The notes beneath the pieces are model-generated. The model saw only the letters and a list, made by a program, of their open reading frames with translations, had not been told where the DNA came from and did not search any database. From an uncultured bacterium (GTDB lineage Bacteria > Patescibacteriota > Minisyncoccia > Phycocordibacterales > PALSA-1337), in contig CAINCE010000073.1 in assembly GCA_903846945.1 (NCBI GenBank), positions 13,626 to 77,625 on the forward strand: a stretch of 64,000 nucleotides of DNA, in the 5' to 3' direction. Position numbers and translations under genes: made by a program. Of the stretch, positions 1 through 10,808 are shown in pieces (position 1 is the first letter of the stretch; each line of letters opens with the position of its first letter).

Positions 1-862
1 CGACTATCGCTGGATAGGAAGCCGTATGATGTGGTGCTCGAAATGGTGGATATACGATGAGGTTGTCATTCAATGTCTGAGCCGCGGAGTGGATGCCAGT
101 CACTTCGACTGACTGCTCATAGGATAGTGGTGGCAAGATACTAGAGAAACTATGAGCCAGCATGGTCTTTCCTGTTCCTGGTGGACCATACATGATGAGG
201 TTGTGTGCACCCGCTGCAGCTATCTCCAGACCTCTCTTCGCTAGTTCGTGGCCGCGGATAGTATGCATATCTATGGTATTTTCTGCTGGATATGACATAT
301 TTTCTTCCCACCTAGGCTCTAGAGATGTGAGAGGAGATGTTCTATTTAGGTGTGCGATGATCTCCACGAGGGAACTCACTACATATATGTTGATACCCTT
401 TGCCAGGGATGCTTCGCGCTCGTTACCTTTGGGGATGAAAGCTTGAGTAAATCCTAGTTTTTCGAGTTGGCACAATATCGGCAGGACACCACTAATTTTC
501 TGAATGCTACCCTCGAGAGAGAGTTCTCCTAGGAACAGCTTGTTATCGTGGTCAAAATCTATCTCCCCTGCGGCTTTGAGGTATGATAGAGCGATGGATA
601 GGTCGAAAGATGGTCCCTCTTTGCGTATATCCGCTGGAGCCAGTGAGACGACGACTTTTTGGTTCTTCTGCTTCGGGGAAACATAGCCGCTGTTCTTGAT
701 CGCGGCGGCGACGCGGTCCTTTGCTTCCTCGACTGCCCTATCCCCGAGTCCGACTATAGAAAATGCATGAAGACCGTTAGATATGTCCACTTCGACATTG
801 ACTATCTCCACATGGAGACCGATGAGTTGTGCGCTATATACTTTTGCTATGCTCACTGACAT
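1..862 (-). CDS. Mg-chelatase-like AAA+ ATPase ComM/YifB family, partial; 3' end lies beyond the window
   Basis: Hand translation of minus strand from ATG at 862..860: MSVSIAKVYSAQLIGLHVEIVNVE...GPPGTGKTMLAHSFSSILPPLSYEQSVEVTGIHSAAQ, i.e. Lon-like N-domain followed by a Walker A motif typical of YifB/ComM. Not in the ORF track because it runs off the window edge. Confidence 0.7.
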   Translation of the reverse strand, partial: MSVSIAKVYSAQLIGLHVEIVNVEVDISNGLHAFSIVGLGDRAVEEAKDRVAAAIKNSGYVSPKQKNQKVVVSLAPADIRKEGPSFDLSIALSYLKAAGEIDFDHDNKLFLGELSLEGSIQKISGVLPILCQLEKLGFTQAFIPKGNEREASLAKGINIYVVSSLVEIIAHLNRTSPLTSLEPRWEENMSYPAENTIDMHTIRGHELAKRGLEIAAAGAHNLIMYGPPGTGKTMLAHSFSSILPPLSYEQSVEVTGIHSAAQTLNDNLIVYPPFRAPHHTASYPAIV

Positions 863-983
863 AGCATATCAGAGAGAGATAAAATCCTGATAAAAAAAGA
901 ATGAAGGAATGATAAAAAAAGGTTCAAATTTTGATAAAATAATAATGAAGGAAAATAAAACGGGCTAAACCCGTTTCATGTCT

Positions 984-1349
984 TTATTCGTGGCTGTGCT
1001 TTATGGAAACCCTGGCTGATGGATTTGCTTCCAAACGGTCCTTTTCTATAGGTTTACCGCAGGTTTCGCATATTCCATAGGTGCCTTTGGCGACGCGATC
1101 TAGGGCGGCGTTGACTTCCTTAAGTTGGCTATCGAGTTTACTAACAATATGGCGGTTACCTTCGTATTCTTCTAGTTTGTCGGCTACTTCATTTTCGTCT
1201 GCTTTGTCGACTTCCATATCTCGAGTGGATGCTTCCCAACCATTTACGGCAGATGAACTCTTTTCTCCGATAGAAGACAGCTCGCCTTCGAGTTCAGCCT
1301 TTTCTGCTAATAATTGCTTCTTGAAGATATCGGTTTCTGTTGTATTCAT
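984..1349 (-). CDS. DksA/TraR family C4-type zinc-finger protein
   Basis: 121 aa; C-terminal CETCGKPIEKDRLEANPSAR zinc-finger motif and coiled-coil N-terminus. Confidence 0.8.
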   Translation of the reverse strand: MNTTETDIFKKQLLAEKAELEGELSSIGEKSSSAVNGWEASTRDMEVDKADENEVADKLEEYEGNRHIVSKLDSQLKEVNAALDRVAKGTYGICETCGKPIEKDRLEANPSARVSIKHSHE

Positions 1350-1361
1350 GATGATTGAATA

Positions 1362-3020
1362 TTACCGCATGAAGGCCCCTTTTTCAAGTCTGGCGATGAT
1401 CTCTGTTAGGGTGGCTTCGTTGCTCGTTATTACCAGTTTGGCATTATCTATAAAGGAATATAGGAAAATGATGTTCCCATCAGAAGAAACAAACTCTCTT
1501 ACATCTTTGTTTTTTATGATTTTGTCAACAAACTTTCCTTTGATGGTCGTATAAGGTGTGAGTGGTGTAATGGTATCGATAGTTGAGGATGATGTTGATG
1601 TTGAGGTGGTTGATGCTAGTGATCTGGTGCTGGTGGATATGACATTTTTTACTACAGTTTTCGGTGTAGTTTTAGGAGTAGTGGAAGCAATTTTTTTAGT
1701 GGTCGTCGTTGTAGTTGCGGATGTCGCTGTAGAAGTTGCTGTTGATGTACTGACCATACTCGCTGGAAGGATAGAGTCGATATTTTGTAGAGGATTGGAA
1801 ATCAGTGTCGTCGGAGTGTTAGCGATACCCATCACAGAAGTTGGATAGAGGTATAGTTTCAGATCATCAGATATAACACTCTCCCATGACAACATGCCTG
1901 CAAATGCATTTTGAAAGAAATTGTTCGTGATGACGACGAAGGTGCTGGTCTTGTTCTGTTTGTCGGTATATGTTCCCAACATCCAATTCGCGGTCAATGA
2001 CCTTGTCAACATGTTTGGTGCCGGGATATCCATGAGGGCGACCATCTCATTTGCCGTGACACGGGTCTTGATGTTTTTCACTGTTACATAGGGAATAATT
2101 TCCTGGATGGTACCTGCTGGTTTCGGTGAAGAAATCAATGCCCTCAGCTTAGTGAGGACGGCGTTGGTAGTTAGGCCATCGACTGCCAGAGTGATCTGTG
2201 AATCACTGGGTATGAGTGATACTGGAGCTGCTGTTTGCTGAATGACTGGTGTTTTACTCGGTGCTAGGGGACTGATGCTGTACAGATAATACGCTCCTAT
2301 AATGCCAGCGCCGATCAGGATGAGACTGAGTATCGCTAGCAGACTCTTTCTTCCGGAATTCGTAGAGTCTTTGTGAACTATCACAGCCTCTTCACCTGTT
2401 TCTTTTTTGTTTTCCGCAATGACCATTTCTGTGGTCGAGGTTCCCTTCTCAGTGATTACCTGAGCTACGTCGCTCTCATAAGTCCTTATAGAACTGATGC
2501 CTGGAACAGTCTTCTCTGCTTGTGGTATATATGAGTATGCAGAAGATTTTTGTAGGGCCTCTTCCGGCACAAAAGTTCTAGGGGTAGGAGTTATCGGTGC
2601 AGCGGGTATTGAGTTTGTCGTTGTGGTGGGAGTCTCTCTAGTTGATAAAGGAAAGTTTTGTTTTGTTGCCATCATCGGTGCTTCTGTGGTCGGCTTGGCG
2701 TAAGCATGAACTACGCTGCCCTTCGTGTCGGGGGCAGCTGTCATAGAATACACCTTCAGTGAGGGAGTTTCTTGGGACGGTATCGCTTTCTTGGGTATTG
2801 GAATTATCGGTTGAGGTTCTGGAGCTGGTTCTACCGCCTTATCTGGATCGATCGGTGATATGTTGAGGTCAGGTGTGATCTCAAAGACTTGTTCGGATTT
2901 GGTGGTCAGATCATCAGCATCATCATTCTTTGTAGAAGATGTATTCCCTGAATCCGTCATGCTATCTTTTGGAGTCGATCCGTCTATTTGAGGTTCCAAT
3001 ATTATATTGTCGTCATCCAT
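1362..3020 (-). CDS. Ser/Thr/Pro-rich membrane-anchored hypothetical protein
   Basis: 552 aa; acidic N-terminus, one TM helix (LLAILSLILIGAGIIGAYYLY), long low-complexity T/S/P-rich region. Confidence 0.5.
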   Translation of the reverse strand: MDDDNIILEPQIDGSTPKDSMTDSGNTSSTKNDDADDLTTKSEQVFEITPDLNISPIDPDKAVEPAPEPQPIIPIPKKAIPSQETPSLKVYSMTAAPDTKGSVVHAYAKPTTEAPMMATKQNFPLSTRETPTTTTNSIPAAPITPTPRTFVPEEALQKSSAYSYIPQAEKTVPGISSIRTYESDVAQVITEKGTSTTEMVIAENKKETGEEAVIVHKDSTNSGRKSLLAILSLILIGAGIIGAYYLYSISPLAPSKTPVIQQTAAPVSLIPSDSQITLAVDGLTTNAVLTKLRALISSPKPAGTIQEIIPYVTVKNIKTRVTANEMVALMDIPAPNMLTRSLTANWMLGTYTDKQNKTSTFVVITNNFFQNAFAGMLSWESVISDDLKLYLYPTSVMGIANTPTTLISNPLQNIDSILPASMVSTSTATSTATSATTTTTTKKIASTTPKTTPKTVVKNVISTSTRSLASTTSTSTSSSTIDTITPLTPYTTIKGKFVDKIIKNKDVREFVSSDGNIIFLYSFIDNAKLVITSNEATLTEIIARLEKGAFMR

Positions 3021-3136
3021 TGATTAATAGTATAGCGTCGAACGAGGGTTTGTGGAAGTCCAGCTTTACACAGAACCCGAGTGAAGACGATATATGAACT
3101 TTTCGATTATAGTGCCAAGTGGGGATTTGTGAAAGT

Positions 3137-5350
3137 TTAGTACCTCTTTGTGAATGGCTTTTTCACCATAGGAGTTTCTTCCTTCTTTGTAAAGAAGTCT
3201 GGATTTGCACCCTTGATGGACAGATTGATCCTGCCCTTGTCGTCGACCTCCTTCACAACTACTGGCACCTTGTCACCTTCTTTCAGGTATGTAGTGACTC
3301 TCTCGACTCGGAATGGAGCTATCTCAGAAACATGTACGAGACCCTCAGCATTGGCACCGATCTTCACAAATGCTCCAAAGTCCATGAGTCTCGTGACTTC
3401 CCCGTCGAACTTTTCACCGGGCATATACTCACGAGTCATGCCGATGATGATCTCTTTTGCTTTTTGTGCAGTCTCATTCTTACCTGTGATGAATATGGCG
3501 CCATCATCTTCTATGGTGATGTCTTCTACACCCGTGACATCACGGATCTCATTGATCGTCTTTCCTCCAGAACCGATGACTAGACCGATTTGTTCAGGCT
3601 TGATCCTTATAACTAGTATCTCTGGCGCATTTACAGATATTTTTGCACGAGGTGCAGCGATCTCATTTTCTATAACATCCAATATCTTGAAACGAGCGGC
3701 TTTGGCTTTTTCGAAGGCTTCGCTGAGGATCTTTAGTGGGATACCGCCAACCTTCACATCCATCTGTACGGCCGTGATACCATTTCGTGTACCCGCAACT
3801 TTGAAATCCATATCACCATGATGATCTTCTGGTCCTTGGATGTCAGTTAATACTTTGTATTCGAGTTCACTGCTACTCATTGGGTCACGAGGGGAGGATT
3901 CGGAAATCTTACCCTCTGGTTTACCTACAGTGCTTTTTTTTGCTTTTCTCATCATGAGGCCAGATGCGATACCAGCAACTGGTGCCTTTATCGGAACTCC
4001 CCCGTCCATGAGTGCGAGTGTTGAGCCGCAAACTGAGCCCATAGAAGTTGAGCCATTCGAAGCAAATGCTTCAGAAACGAGTCTTATCGTATATGGGAAT
4101 TTGTCTTTTTCTGGGATTACTGGGACGAGCGCTTTTTCTGCGAGTGCGCCGTGGCCTATCATGCGACGATTCGTCCCTCCGACTCTCCCTGTCTCGCCAG
4201 TCGAGAATGGTGGGAAGTTGTAGTGATGCATGAACCTTTTGTTTTCTGTAAGGCTCAATCCTTCTACTACTTGTGCGTCTCCAGGAGAACCTAGTGTGAG
4301 TGTTGACATGATGTGTGTTCCACCTCTGTAAAATATTCCTGAACCATGCAATATAGATGAGATTCCGCCAGCTTGGGCAAATAGTGGTCGCACATCGTCC
4401 ATTCCACGGCCGTCTGCGCGCTTGTTACCATCTATAGCACCATCATGGAGGAGGTCATTTACTGCTTCTTCGAACACTTCTTGGGCCATCATCGTATCGC
4501 CTTCGGGCATCTTTTCCTTGAACAATGTTGCCCATTCACCATTTATCTCGGATATTTTTGCGTGTCCTGGGACTTTGCTAAATATGAATTTCTCCATTTT
4601 AGGAGAGATCTCCTTGTCGAATAGCTCTTTCGTACCAGGAGTTGGTTCCTTGATCGCGACTTCTGCCTTTGGTTTACCTATCTCTGCGACGATCTTTGAT
4701 TGCCAGGCTTGTATCTTTTCTATTTCGGTGGAGGACAATTTAAGAGCCTCATTCAATGTGCTCTCAGAAACTTCTTTACTAGCTACTTCGATCATGTTGA
4801 TCATGCCGTCTTTACCACAAGCGACCATCTCTAAACTAACACCTAGGTCCTCGCGAACTTTGTAGTCAGGGTTGATGAGCCATTCGCTATTTTTTGCTAT
4901 ACGAACTGCAGATGCAGGTCCATTCCATGGTATATCTGATACTCCGAGCGCTAGTGATGAGGCGATAACTGCGACTACATCTGGGTCATCTTGACCTATG
5001 GCGAGTGTCGTAACTATAACCTGAACTTCATTTCGCATGCGTTGATTGAATAATGGGCGTATCGTACGATCTACTATTCGACCAGAAAGGATAGCATCAG
5101 TTGATGGTCTACCCTCTCGACGCATGAATCTCGACCCCAATATTTTACCAGTTGCATAAAACCTCTCTTCGAAGTCTACTGTTAGCGGGAAAAAGTCTCC
5201 GTCTTTGAGTCCTCCCATACATGCTGTTGCTAATAATGCAGTTTCTCCATAACGAACGATGACGGAACCATTGGTCTGGTCAGCGAGGTCGTTGAACTCA
5301 GCAGAAAGTGTCTTCCCGCCTATCTCGATCGAATATTGTTTTTTGTTCAT
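3137..5350 (-). CDS. pnp: polynucleotide phosphorylase
   Basis: 737 aa; two RNase PH domains with KH and S1 domains at the C-terminus (GEKFDGEVTRLMDFGAFVKI). Confidence 0.95.
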   Translation of the reverse strand: MNKKQYSIEIGGKTLSAEFNDLADQTNGSVIVRYGETALLATACMGGLKDGDFFPLTVDFEERFYATGKILGSRFMRREGRPSTDAILSGRIVDRTIRPLFNQRMRNEVQVIVTTLAIGQDDPDVVAVIASSLALGVSDIPWNGPASAVRIAKNSEWLINPDYKVREDLGVSLEMVACGKDGMINMIEVASKEVSESTLNEALKLSSTEIEKIQAWQSKIVAEIGKPKAEVAIKEPTPGTKELFDKEISPKMEKFIFSKVPGHAKISEINGEWATLFKEKMPEGDTMMAQEVFEEAVNDLLHDGAIDGNKRADGRGMDDVRPLFAQAGGISSILHGSGIFYRGGTHIMSTLTLGSPGDAQVVEGLSLTENKRFMHHYNFPPFSTGETGRVGGTNRRMIGHGALAEKALVPVIPEKDKFPYTIRLVSEAFASNGSTSMGSVCGSTLALMDGGVPIKAPVAGIASGLMMRKAKKSTVGKPEGKISESSPRDPMSSSELEYKVLTDIQGPEDHHGDMDFKVAGTRNGITAVQMDVKVGGIPLKILSEAFEKAKAARFKILDVIENEIAAPRAKISVNAPEILVIRIKPEQIGLVIGSGGKTINEIRDVTGVEDITIEDDGAIFITGKNETAQKAKEIIIGMTREYMPGEKFDGEVTRLMDFGAFVKIGANAEGLVHVSEIAPFRVERVTTYLKEGDKVPVVVKEVDDKGRINLSIKGANPDFFTKKEETPMVKKPFTKRY

Positions 5351-5629
5351 AAGTTTTTAGCAAGGTTCCACCTTGCTAGTTCGCCTACAGATTTCAGACT
5401 TGGGTCCGCTCTAAGTAAGCGGTCAAACCTGTCTATCTGGAGGCGAGTTAATCTATTAATAAATGTGCTTTCTCGTCACGCCGTAGCTTTGTGCGGAGGC
5501 GGACTAGTGGTTCAAATGTAGCAGAAATGAATGGAAATTGCCATTGCCCCCAATGTGGTTGGGGGATGCTTTACGAACCACGCACTGTATCCTGATACGA
5601 ATTGATGCCACTCTAGTTTTCTGTTAGGG

Positions 5630-7153
5630 CTATTTAAAATGATTCAATGTATAGTCAATGAGAGCTCCTGCATCAGTTTTCTCGTCTGGTGATTTGAGGA
5701 TGATAGTGACGATCGGTCTCTTCGTGTTTCCGACTGGAAACTCGAATACAGATAGATTGGACTCGGCAGCTGCTGTAGTTTTTCCATTCTTGCCACCGAA
5801 GAAATACTCATTCTCGATGAAGTCGTTGAAATTACCAAGATCAGAGAATCCACTGGCGCCATAGGCGTTATCTTTGAGCTTGCCTGAAGTAATATTGAAT
5901 ATAAAACTGCGATTATTGTAGATATATTTAGCAAGCATGAACAAATCCTCGGCTGTTGAAATGTTGTCTTCCGAAGCGCCAGACGGATCAGTGAAATGGC
6001 TATGCGTCATGCCTATGGAGGCAGCCTTATCATTCATGTGTCGAATGAAATCGTCTCGTCCATAATATCGGGCTATAGTTTCTGCTGCCTCATTTGAGGA
6101 TTCCATCAGCAGAGGGAAAAGAAGCTGGTAGATAGTGTATTGCTGTCCCGGTTTCAACCGAGCTTTGGACGTATAGATTATAGCCGCTTTGGGTACAGTC
6201 GCAGTATTGTCTATGTTTATGTATTCTGTTGCTACCAATGCGGTAACTAATTTTGTGATAGATGCGATAGGTACAGATTCTGTGGAATTCTTGCTTGTGA
6301 AAACGTGATTGTTCTGTAGGTCAGCAGAAAGATATATAGGTGCAGAAAGTGACAGAACACTGTCTACGTACGAGAAATTATCAGGTGAAAAACTTTGTTC
6401 GAAGACGAGTACGGGAGTCCCAACGTCAATGGCATCGTAAACCTTTTCCGCGTCGTTGGTATCTAAACGTATGCATCCGCCCGTGTAGGCTTTTGATGTG
6501 AGGGTGCCATCCGGGTAATACGTTCGGCCGTGAATATAGAAATTTCCTTGGAAATTCATACTCCATGGCATCCAAACATGTCCCATTCCAGAAAAGTGAG
6601 ATTTTTCTTTACTACTGATTTTGTATAATCCTGCAGGAGTTTCCCACCATGAACCGGGCCGTCCTTTTGTAACGATTGGTACTTCCAAAACCAAAGTACC
6701 CTCTTTGTACGCTTGAATTTTCATTGCAGATAGATCAGCTTCAAGAAAATCAGCCTTACTATCGATAAATTGCTGTTTGACCTTGCCGAAAAAGTCAGGA
6801 TTAGATAAAGCTGGTTGCGCACCGTATGTAAATTGAACTTGTTGCAATGGCGGAGTTTCAGGAAGATTTACTGTATAGTTGAGAGTTTTATTTCCATAAG
6901 CGTAGGAAAATCCTCCAATGCCCATAACTGTTAATATGATAAGTATGATTGTTACGGCCGCTGGAACTTCTGAATGCAGAGTTCTCCAGAAGGAAAAGTG
7001 ACCAAGTTTCCCAGGAAATGAACTGTAGTAAAAGGCTTCTTTAATGTCGTCTTCAGTCCATCCATCCATAATTAGTTCGTTGCGGATTGCATCTATTGGC
7101 ATACCTGCACATTGTCTCGTTGTCACATGATTTACGAGTTGCTTATGATACAT
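5630..7153 (-). CDS. fusion protein: L,D-transpeptidase (YkuD) domain plus serine-type D-Ala-D-Ala carboxypeptidase (PBP5-like) domain
   Basis: 507 aa; N-terminal TM helix; HGRTYYPDGTLTSKAYTGGCIRLDTNDAEKVYD matches the YkuD catalytic His/Cys motif; C-terminal half has SITK (SxxK), SSN (SxN) and KNGKTTAA (KTG-like) motifs. Confidence 0.65.
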   Translation of the reverse strand: MYHKQLVNHVTTRQCAGMPIDAIRNELIMDGWTEDDIKEAFYYSSFPGKLGHFSFWRTLHSEVPAAVTIILIILTVMGIGGFSYAYGNKTLNYTVNLPETPPLQQVQFTYGAQPALSNPDFFGKVKQQFIDSKADFLEADLSAMKIQAYKEGTLVLEVPIVTKGRPGSWWETPAGLYKISSKEKSHFSGMGHVWMPWSMNFQGNFYIHGRTYYPDGTLTSKAYTGGCIRLDTNDAEKVYDAIDVGTPVLVFEQSFSPDNFSYVDSVLSLSAPIYLSADLQNNHVFTSKNSTESVPIASITKLVTALVATEYINIDNTATVPKAAIIYTSKARLKPGQQYTIYQLLFPLLMESSNEAAETIARYYGRDDFIRHMNDKAASIGMTHSHFTDPSGASEDNISTAEDLFMLAKYIYNNRSFIFNITSGKLKDNAYGASGFSDLGNFNDFIENEYFFGGKNGKTTAAAESNLSVFEFPVGNTKRPIVTIILKSPDEKTDAGALIDYTLNHFK

Positions 7154-7317
7154 GATATTATGCTAATAGTAACAAAATTTAACCAATTATGGAAAGGACA
7201 AAACATGTATAGAATAGTAGTCAGTGCAATTGCAATTTTAAAAAGGAAGCCTTGGTAGTTTCGGATAATACGGTCCGTTCATTTCCCAGAAAAGTGTCGA
7301 AGCATACCGGGAGAGTA

Positions 7318-7569
7318 TTAAGAATAATGATGACTTCTCGGTGAAACTTGCACAGGTTCCGCGCTCCAAACTTTGCGAAATTCATCCATATCCCTATGCA
7401 GGCAGATATATCTGATGCAATTCAGACTGAATTCGTCAATGTTCTCTGAAAACAGAGCATGTATCATGAGGAGAGCTTCTTCCTTGTCGACCTTACCCTC
7501 CTGGTTGGCCTTGAAGATCAATTCTACTAACTCAAAAACATTGTCCACTTCTTTTGTATTTGTGTACAT
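7318..7569 (-). CDS. hypothetical protein
   Basis: 83-aa ORF with no recognisable motif. Confidence 0.3.
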   Translation of the reverse strand: MYTNTKEVDNVFELVELIFKANQEGKVDKEEALLMIHALFSENIDEFSLNCIRYICLHRDMDEFRKVWSAEPVQVSPRSHHYS

Positions 7570-7594
7570 TGAATTATATTTAGATTAATAATGC

Positions 7595-8425
7595 TCACTT
7601 ACTACTTTTTAACTTTTTGTTCTCCACATTATTCAAAAAATTCTTCTTAGAAACCACTGATCGTCCTAACTTTTCTTCTAGCTTTCTGCGTGCTCCACCA
7701 GCAATGTCACCACCAGCTCGTGCGTCACTCTGTAATTTTGGTATACCTTTCGAATCTTCGTTTCGGTGTATCTCTGTTGTTGCGCGTTCACCGAGCATGT
7801 TAAATATGAGTTCGAAATCATCCATGTGATCACGTAGGTTTTCTCTTTCTAGACCTTTCAGTTCTTTGTACTCACTAGGAGTGACACCGAATGTAGCCTT
7901 GGATATTTCGGCAGTCAGGATTTCGTAGTCTCTCTGTTCCTTTGCTCCCCTATTCTTCCATTCATCGGTAAGTTCCTCGCGTATAACGATGCCACGCATG
8001 CGTTTTTCGATCCATGAGTCGCTGTAACCTTTGGATTTATACATGGCACGAGTCCTCTTGGTAGCAAGTTCGGGATCTTCGATCTCTTGGATGCGCTCGT
8101 ATCCAACTCTCGCGAGCCAACGTTTTAATGGTTCCAATTTTGGCGATGGGATAGACTGGATAATTCGAAATACACCTTCTGCATTAGCACAATCCGTTTC
8201 ATATTTTTTACCATCGGTAGCTTCCAATTTCAGTCCGTGACAAATTGTCACGACCTCACTTCCTTCTTCAATGAGTCTCTGTTTAAGTTTCCTCCAATAG
8301 GCTCCTGGGTCGTTACTGTTTGTAAGAATTCCGCAAATATCAACAAGAGATAACCACCACTCATTGTTATGAATGATTTTACGTATCCCTAAGCCTTGGA
8401 ATAATGCAATCTTTTGAATTTCCAT
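7595..8425 (-). CDS. DinD-like protein with Bro-N/KilA-N type N-terminal domain
   Basis: 276 aa; N-terminal NEWWLSLVDICGIL...AYWRKLKQRL; C-terminal half resembles DinD (YKSKGYSDSWIEKRMRGI, ATFGVTPSEYKELKGL). Paralog of 49916..50788. Confidence 0.55.
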   Translation of the reverse strand: MEIQKIALFQGLGIRKIIHNNEWWLSLVDICGILTNSNDPGAYWRKLKQRLIEEGSEVVTICHGLKLEATDGKKYETDCANAEGVFRIIQSIPSPKLEPLKRWLARVGYERIQEIEDPELATKRTRAMYKSKGYSDSWIEKRMRGIVIREELTDEWKNRGAKEQRDYEILTAEISKATFGVTPSEYKELKGLERENLRDHMDDFELIFNMLGERATTEIHRNEDSKGIPKLQSDARAGGDIAGGARRKLEEKLGRSVVSKKNFLNNVENKKLKSSK

Positions 8426-8509
8426 CCCTCAATTATACTACCCAAAAAATTCTTGGGAACTTCCGTCGTCAAATATTTTGTTTCCTAGTGCAAAAATACA
8501 AAAAATTTC

Positions 8510-9034
8510 TTATTTCTTCCCTCCGCCACCTCGTAGCAAGTATTTATTTGGACTCTCGTCTAGGTCCATGAAATGATCTGTAGCCTCGATGAGTTTTGCT
8601 GATGTAGATTTGCCGAATGAGACTACTTCAACTTGGCATCCCTGATTCATCTGTAGATATTCTACGAGTGGTACGAAGTCCCCGTCACCTGTTATGAGTA
8701 TGACCGCATCTAGCTTCGGTGATAGTTTGACTGCATCTATGGCGAGACCAACATCCCAGTCAGCTTTCTTTGCACCGGAACTGAAGATTTGGAGGTCTTT
8801 GACCTTTGTTTCGATACCCATTTTGGTAAGTGCGTCGAAAAAGGCATTTTCTTCACCTGATTCTGTGGCGATGACATATGCGACGGCACGAACGAGTTTG
8901 CGCCCGTCCATGGCATCTTTCACTATCTGACCAAAGTTAACCTTTGAATGATAGAGATTCTTGGCACTGTGATATAGATTTTGTGCGTCTATAAATATTC
9001 CGACGCGTTGTTCTTTGTGTTTGATGATAGACAT
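8510..9034 (-). CDS. NYN/LabA-like domain protein
   Basis: 174 aa; IFIDAQNLYHSAKN...VILITGDGDFVPLVEYLQ typical of NYN (DUF88) nucleases. Confidence 0.75.
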   Translation of the reverse strand: MSIIKHKEQRVGIFIDAQNLYHSAKNLYHSKVNFGQIVKDAMDGRKLVRAVAYVIATESGEENAFFDALTKMGIETKVKDLQIFSSGAKKADWDVGLAIDAVKLSPKLDAVILITGDGDFVPLVEYLQMNQGCQVEVVSFGKSTSAKLIEATDHFMDLDESPNKYLLRGGGGKK

Positions 9035-9135
9035 GATAGTTAATGATATCCGCCAGCTGGCGGAGAAAAATCAAAATGGAAAATATGCCAAATTAATTTA
9101 TCGATTTTATTAATTGATTAGTTAGTTGAATAGAT

Positions 9136-9438
9136 TTATATAAAATATCGTTGTATTCCGAGCTCGATAATATAGGAAAGGAATCCGCCCACGAATATAA
9201 CTAGCATTGATGTCGTCACCGAGTATTTTTGAATGAGTGTGAGTACGAGATATGCTCCGATGATGGCGACTGCGTAACCTATAGTTCCAAAAACTGTAAG
9301 TAAAGTGAGGCCGCTCATTATTATAGAAATAAAGATCGACCTACCAAAGCTATTTTCCTCGTCATGCTGTGAAAAATACAACACAACAAAATAGCCTAGG
9401 AAACTCGCGATGATAATTTGTATCGTGGTTTGGTCCAC
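9136..9438 (-). CDS. small membrane protein, hypothetical
   Basis: 100 aa with three predicted TM helices. Confidence 0.4.
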   Translation of the reverse strand: MDQTTIQIIIASFLGYFVVLYFSQHDEENSFGRSIFISIIMSGLTLLTVFGTIGYAVAIIGAYLVLTLIQKYSVTTSMLVIFVGGFLSYIIELGIQRYFI

Positions 9439-9489
9439 GGATATAGTATAGCGAGAAGTGAGGAATTATGAAAGCGAAGCGATCTTGTC

Positions 9490-9756
9490 CTATTTCTTCA
9501 AATCCAACTGTTTGATGATGGAAGAATAGCGTCGAGGGTAGTTCTTTTTGAGGTAAGCTAGATGTGTCTGACGGTCAGCAACCATGCCTAGAAGACCGCG
9601 TCTGGAGTGGTTATCTTTGCGGTGTTTCTTCAGGTGGCCAGTCAATTCGTTGATTCTCTTGGTCAATAAAGCTACTTGAACTTCCGGAGAACCAGTATCC
9701 TTCTCGTGGACGCCTGATTCCTTGATGATTTTGATCTTTTGTCTCGGTGTTAACAT
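9490..9756 (-). CDS. rpsO: 30S ribosomal protein S15
   Basis: 88 aa from internal Met: [71 protein letters not shown]. The track ORF is extended upstream. Confidence 0.9.
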   Translation of the reverse strand: MLTPRQKIKIIKESGVHEKDTGSPEVQVALLTKRINELTGHLKKHRKDNHSRRGLLGMVADRQTHLAYLKKNYPRRYSSIIKQLDLKK

Positions 9757-9840
9757 GAAAATGATATTAGCATGAATGTTTGGTGAGCGCAAATTTGTAT
9801 GCAATGCTACAATATCCTCATGTCGCACAATATTTCCGAA

Positions 9841-10743
9841 ATGAAACAGCAGTTTCTCGAATACATCGAGATAGAAAGAGGTCGTAGTGTAAAGACTGTG
9901 GAGAATTACGATCGATATTTAAGAAGGTTTATCGACCATACAAAGGTAAAGAAGGCTGGCGATGTCACTCCAGAGATGGTCCGTGAATTCAGATTGTGGC
10001 TAAATAGGCAGTCAACGGGCAATATCCGTTCAACGGGTGACACATTGAAGAAGAAGACTCAGAACTATTATTTGATCGCTCTACGGGCATTTCTAAAGTT
10101 TCTCGCAAAGAAAGGTGTGAAGTCGTTAGCTCCCGAGCAGATCGAGTTGGCAAAGGTTGGTGATAGATCACTCGATCTCATCACAACTGGAGAATTGGAG
10201 AGACTCCTCAAAGCTCCAGAAGGCAACGAACTACAGGTACTCCGAGATAGGGCCATTCTCCAACTACTATTTTCAACAGGTTTACGCGTATCTGAGCTCA
10301 CTTCCCTCTCATCTGACCTCGATCTTTCATCGGACGAATTCACCGTGCGAGGTAAAGGAGATAAAACCCGTGTGGTGTTCATGTCTGATGATGCGAAAGA
10401 TGCCCTGAAGAAGTATTTGGCGAAGCGTACTGATGTGGACGATGCGATGTTCGTGCGTATTCCAGGAAATGAGATGCGTGGTGTGAAAGGTGGAGCAGGG
10501 CTGACTCGTCGATCTATCGAAAGGATAGTAAAAAAGTATGCAGTGAAGGCTGGAATCTCGAAAAAAGTCACTCCTCATGTCATGCGTCACATGTTCGCGA
10601 CAGATCTATTGCGAAATGGTGCTGACCTCCGTTCTGTGCAAATGCTCCTCGGTCATGCGAATATCGGGACGACGCAGATATATACGCACGTGACTGACAG
10701 CGAACTCAAGAGAGTTCACAAGCAGTTCCATAACAAGAAGTAA
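9841..10743 (+). CDS. tyrosine recombinase XerC/XerD-like
   Basis: C-terminal [39 protein letters not shown] (R..H..R..Y catalytic residues); start taken at [10 protein letters not shown]. Confidence 0.85.
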   Translation: MKQQFLEYIEIERGRSVKTVENYDRYLRRFIDHTKVKKAGDVTPEMVREFRLWLNRQSTGNIRSTGDTLKKKTQNYYLIALRAFLKFLAKKGVKSLAPEQIELAKVGDRSLDLITTGELERLLKAPEGNELQVLRDRAILQLLFSTGLRVSELTSLSSDLDLSSDEFTVRGKGDKTRVVFMSDDAKDALKKYLAKRTDVDDAMFVRIPGNEMRGVKGGAGLTRRSIERIVKKYAVKAGISKKVTPHVMRHMFATDLLRNGADLRSVQMLLGHANIGTTQIYTHVTDSELKRVHKQFHNKK

Positions 10744-10808
10744 AGTATCATTAGTAAGGTTCCACCTTGCTATCTAGCCGAAGTTCAATATTCTGCTATG
10801 ATTGGTAT

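Noticed and set aside
3119-4865. Several plus-strand ORFs (3119..3583, 3150..3821, 3840..4223, 4422..4865) overlapping pnp
   Set aside because: Antisense to a confidently identified PNPase gene; low-complexity translations; typical shadow ORFs.
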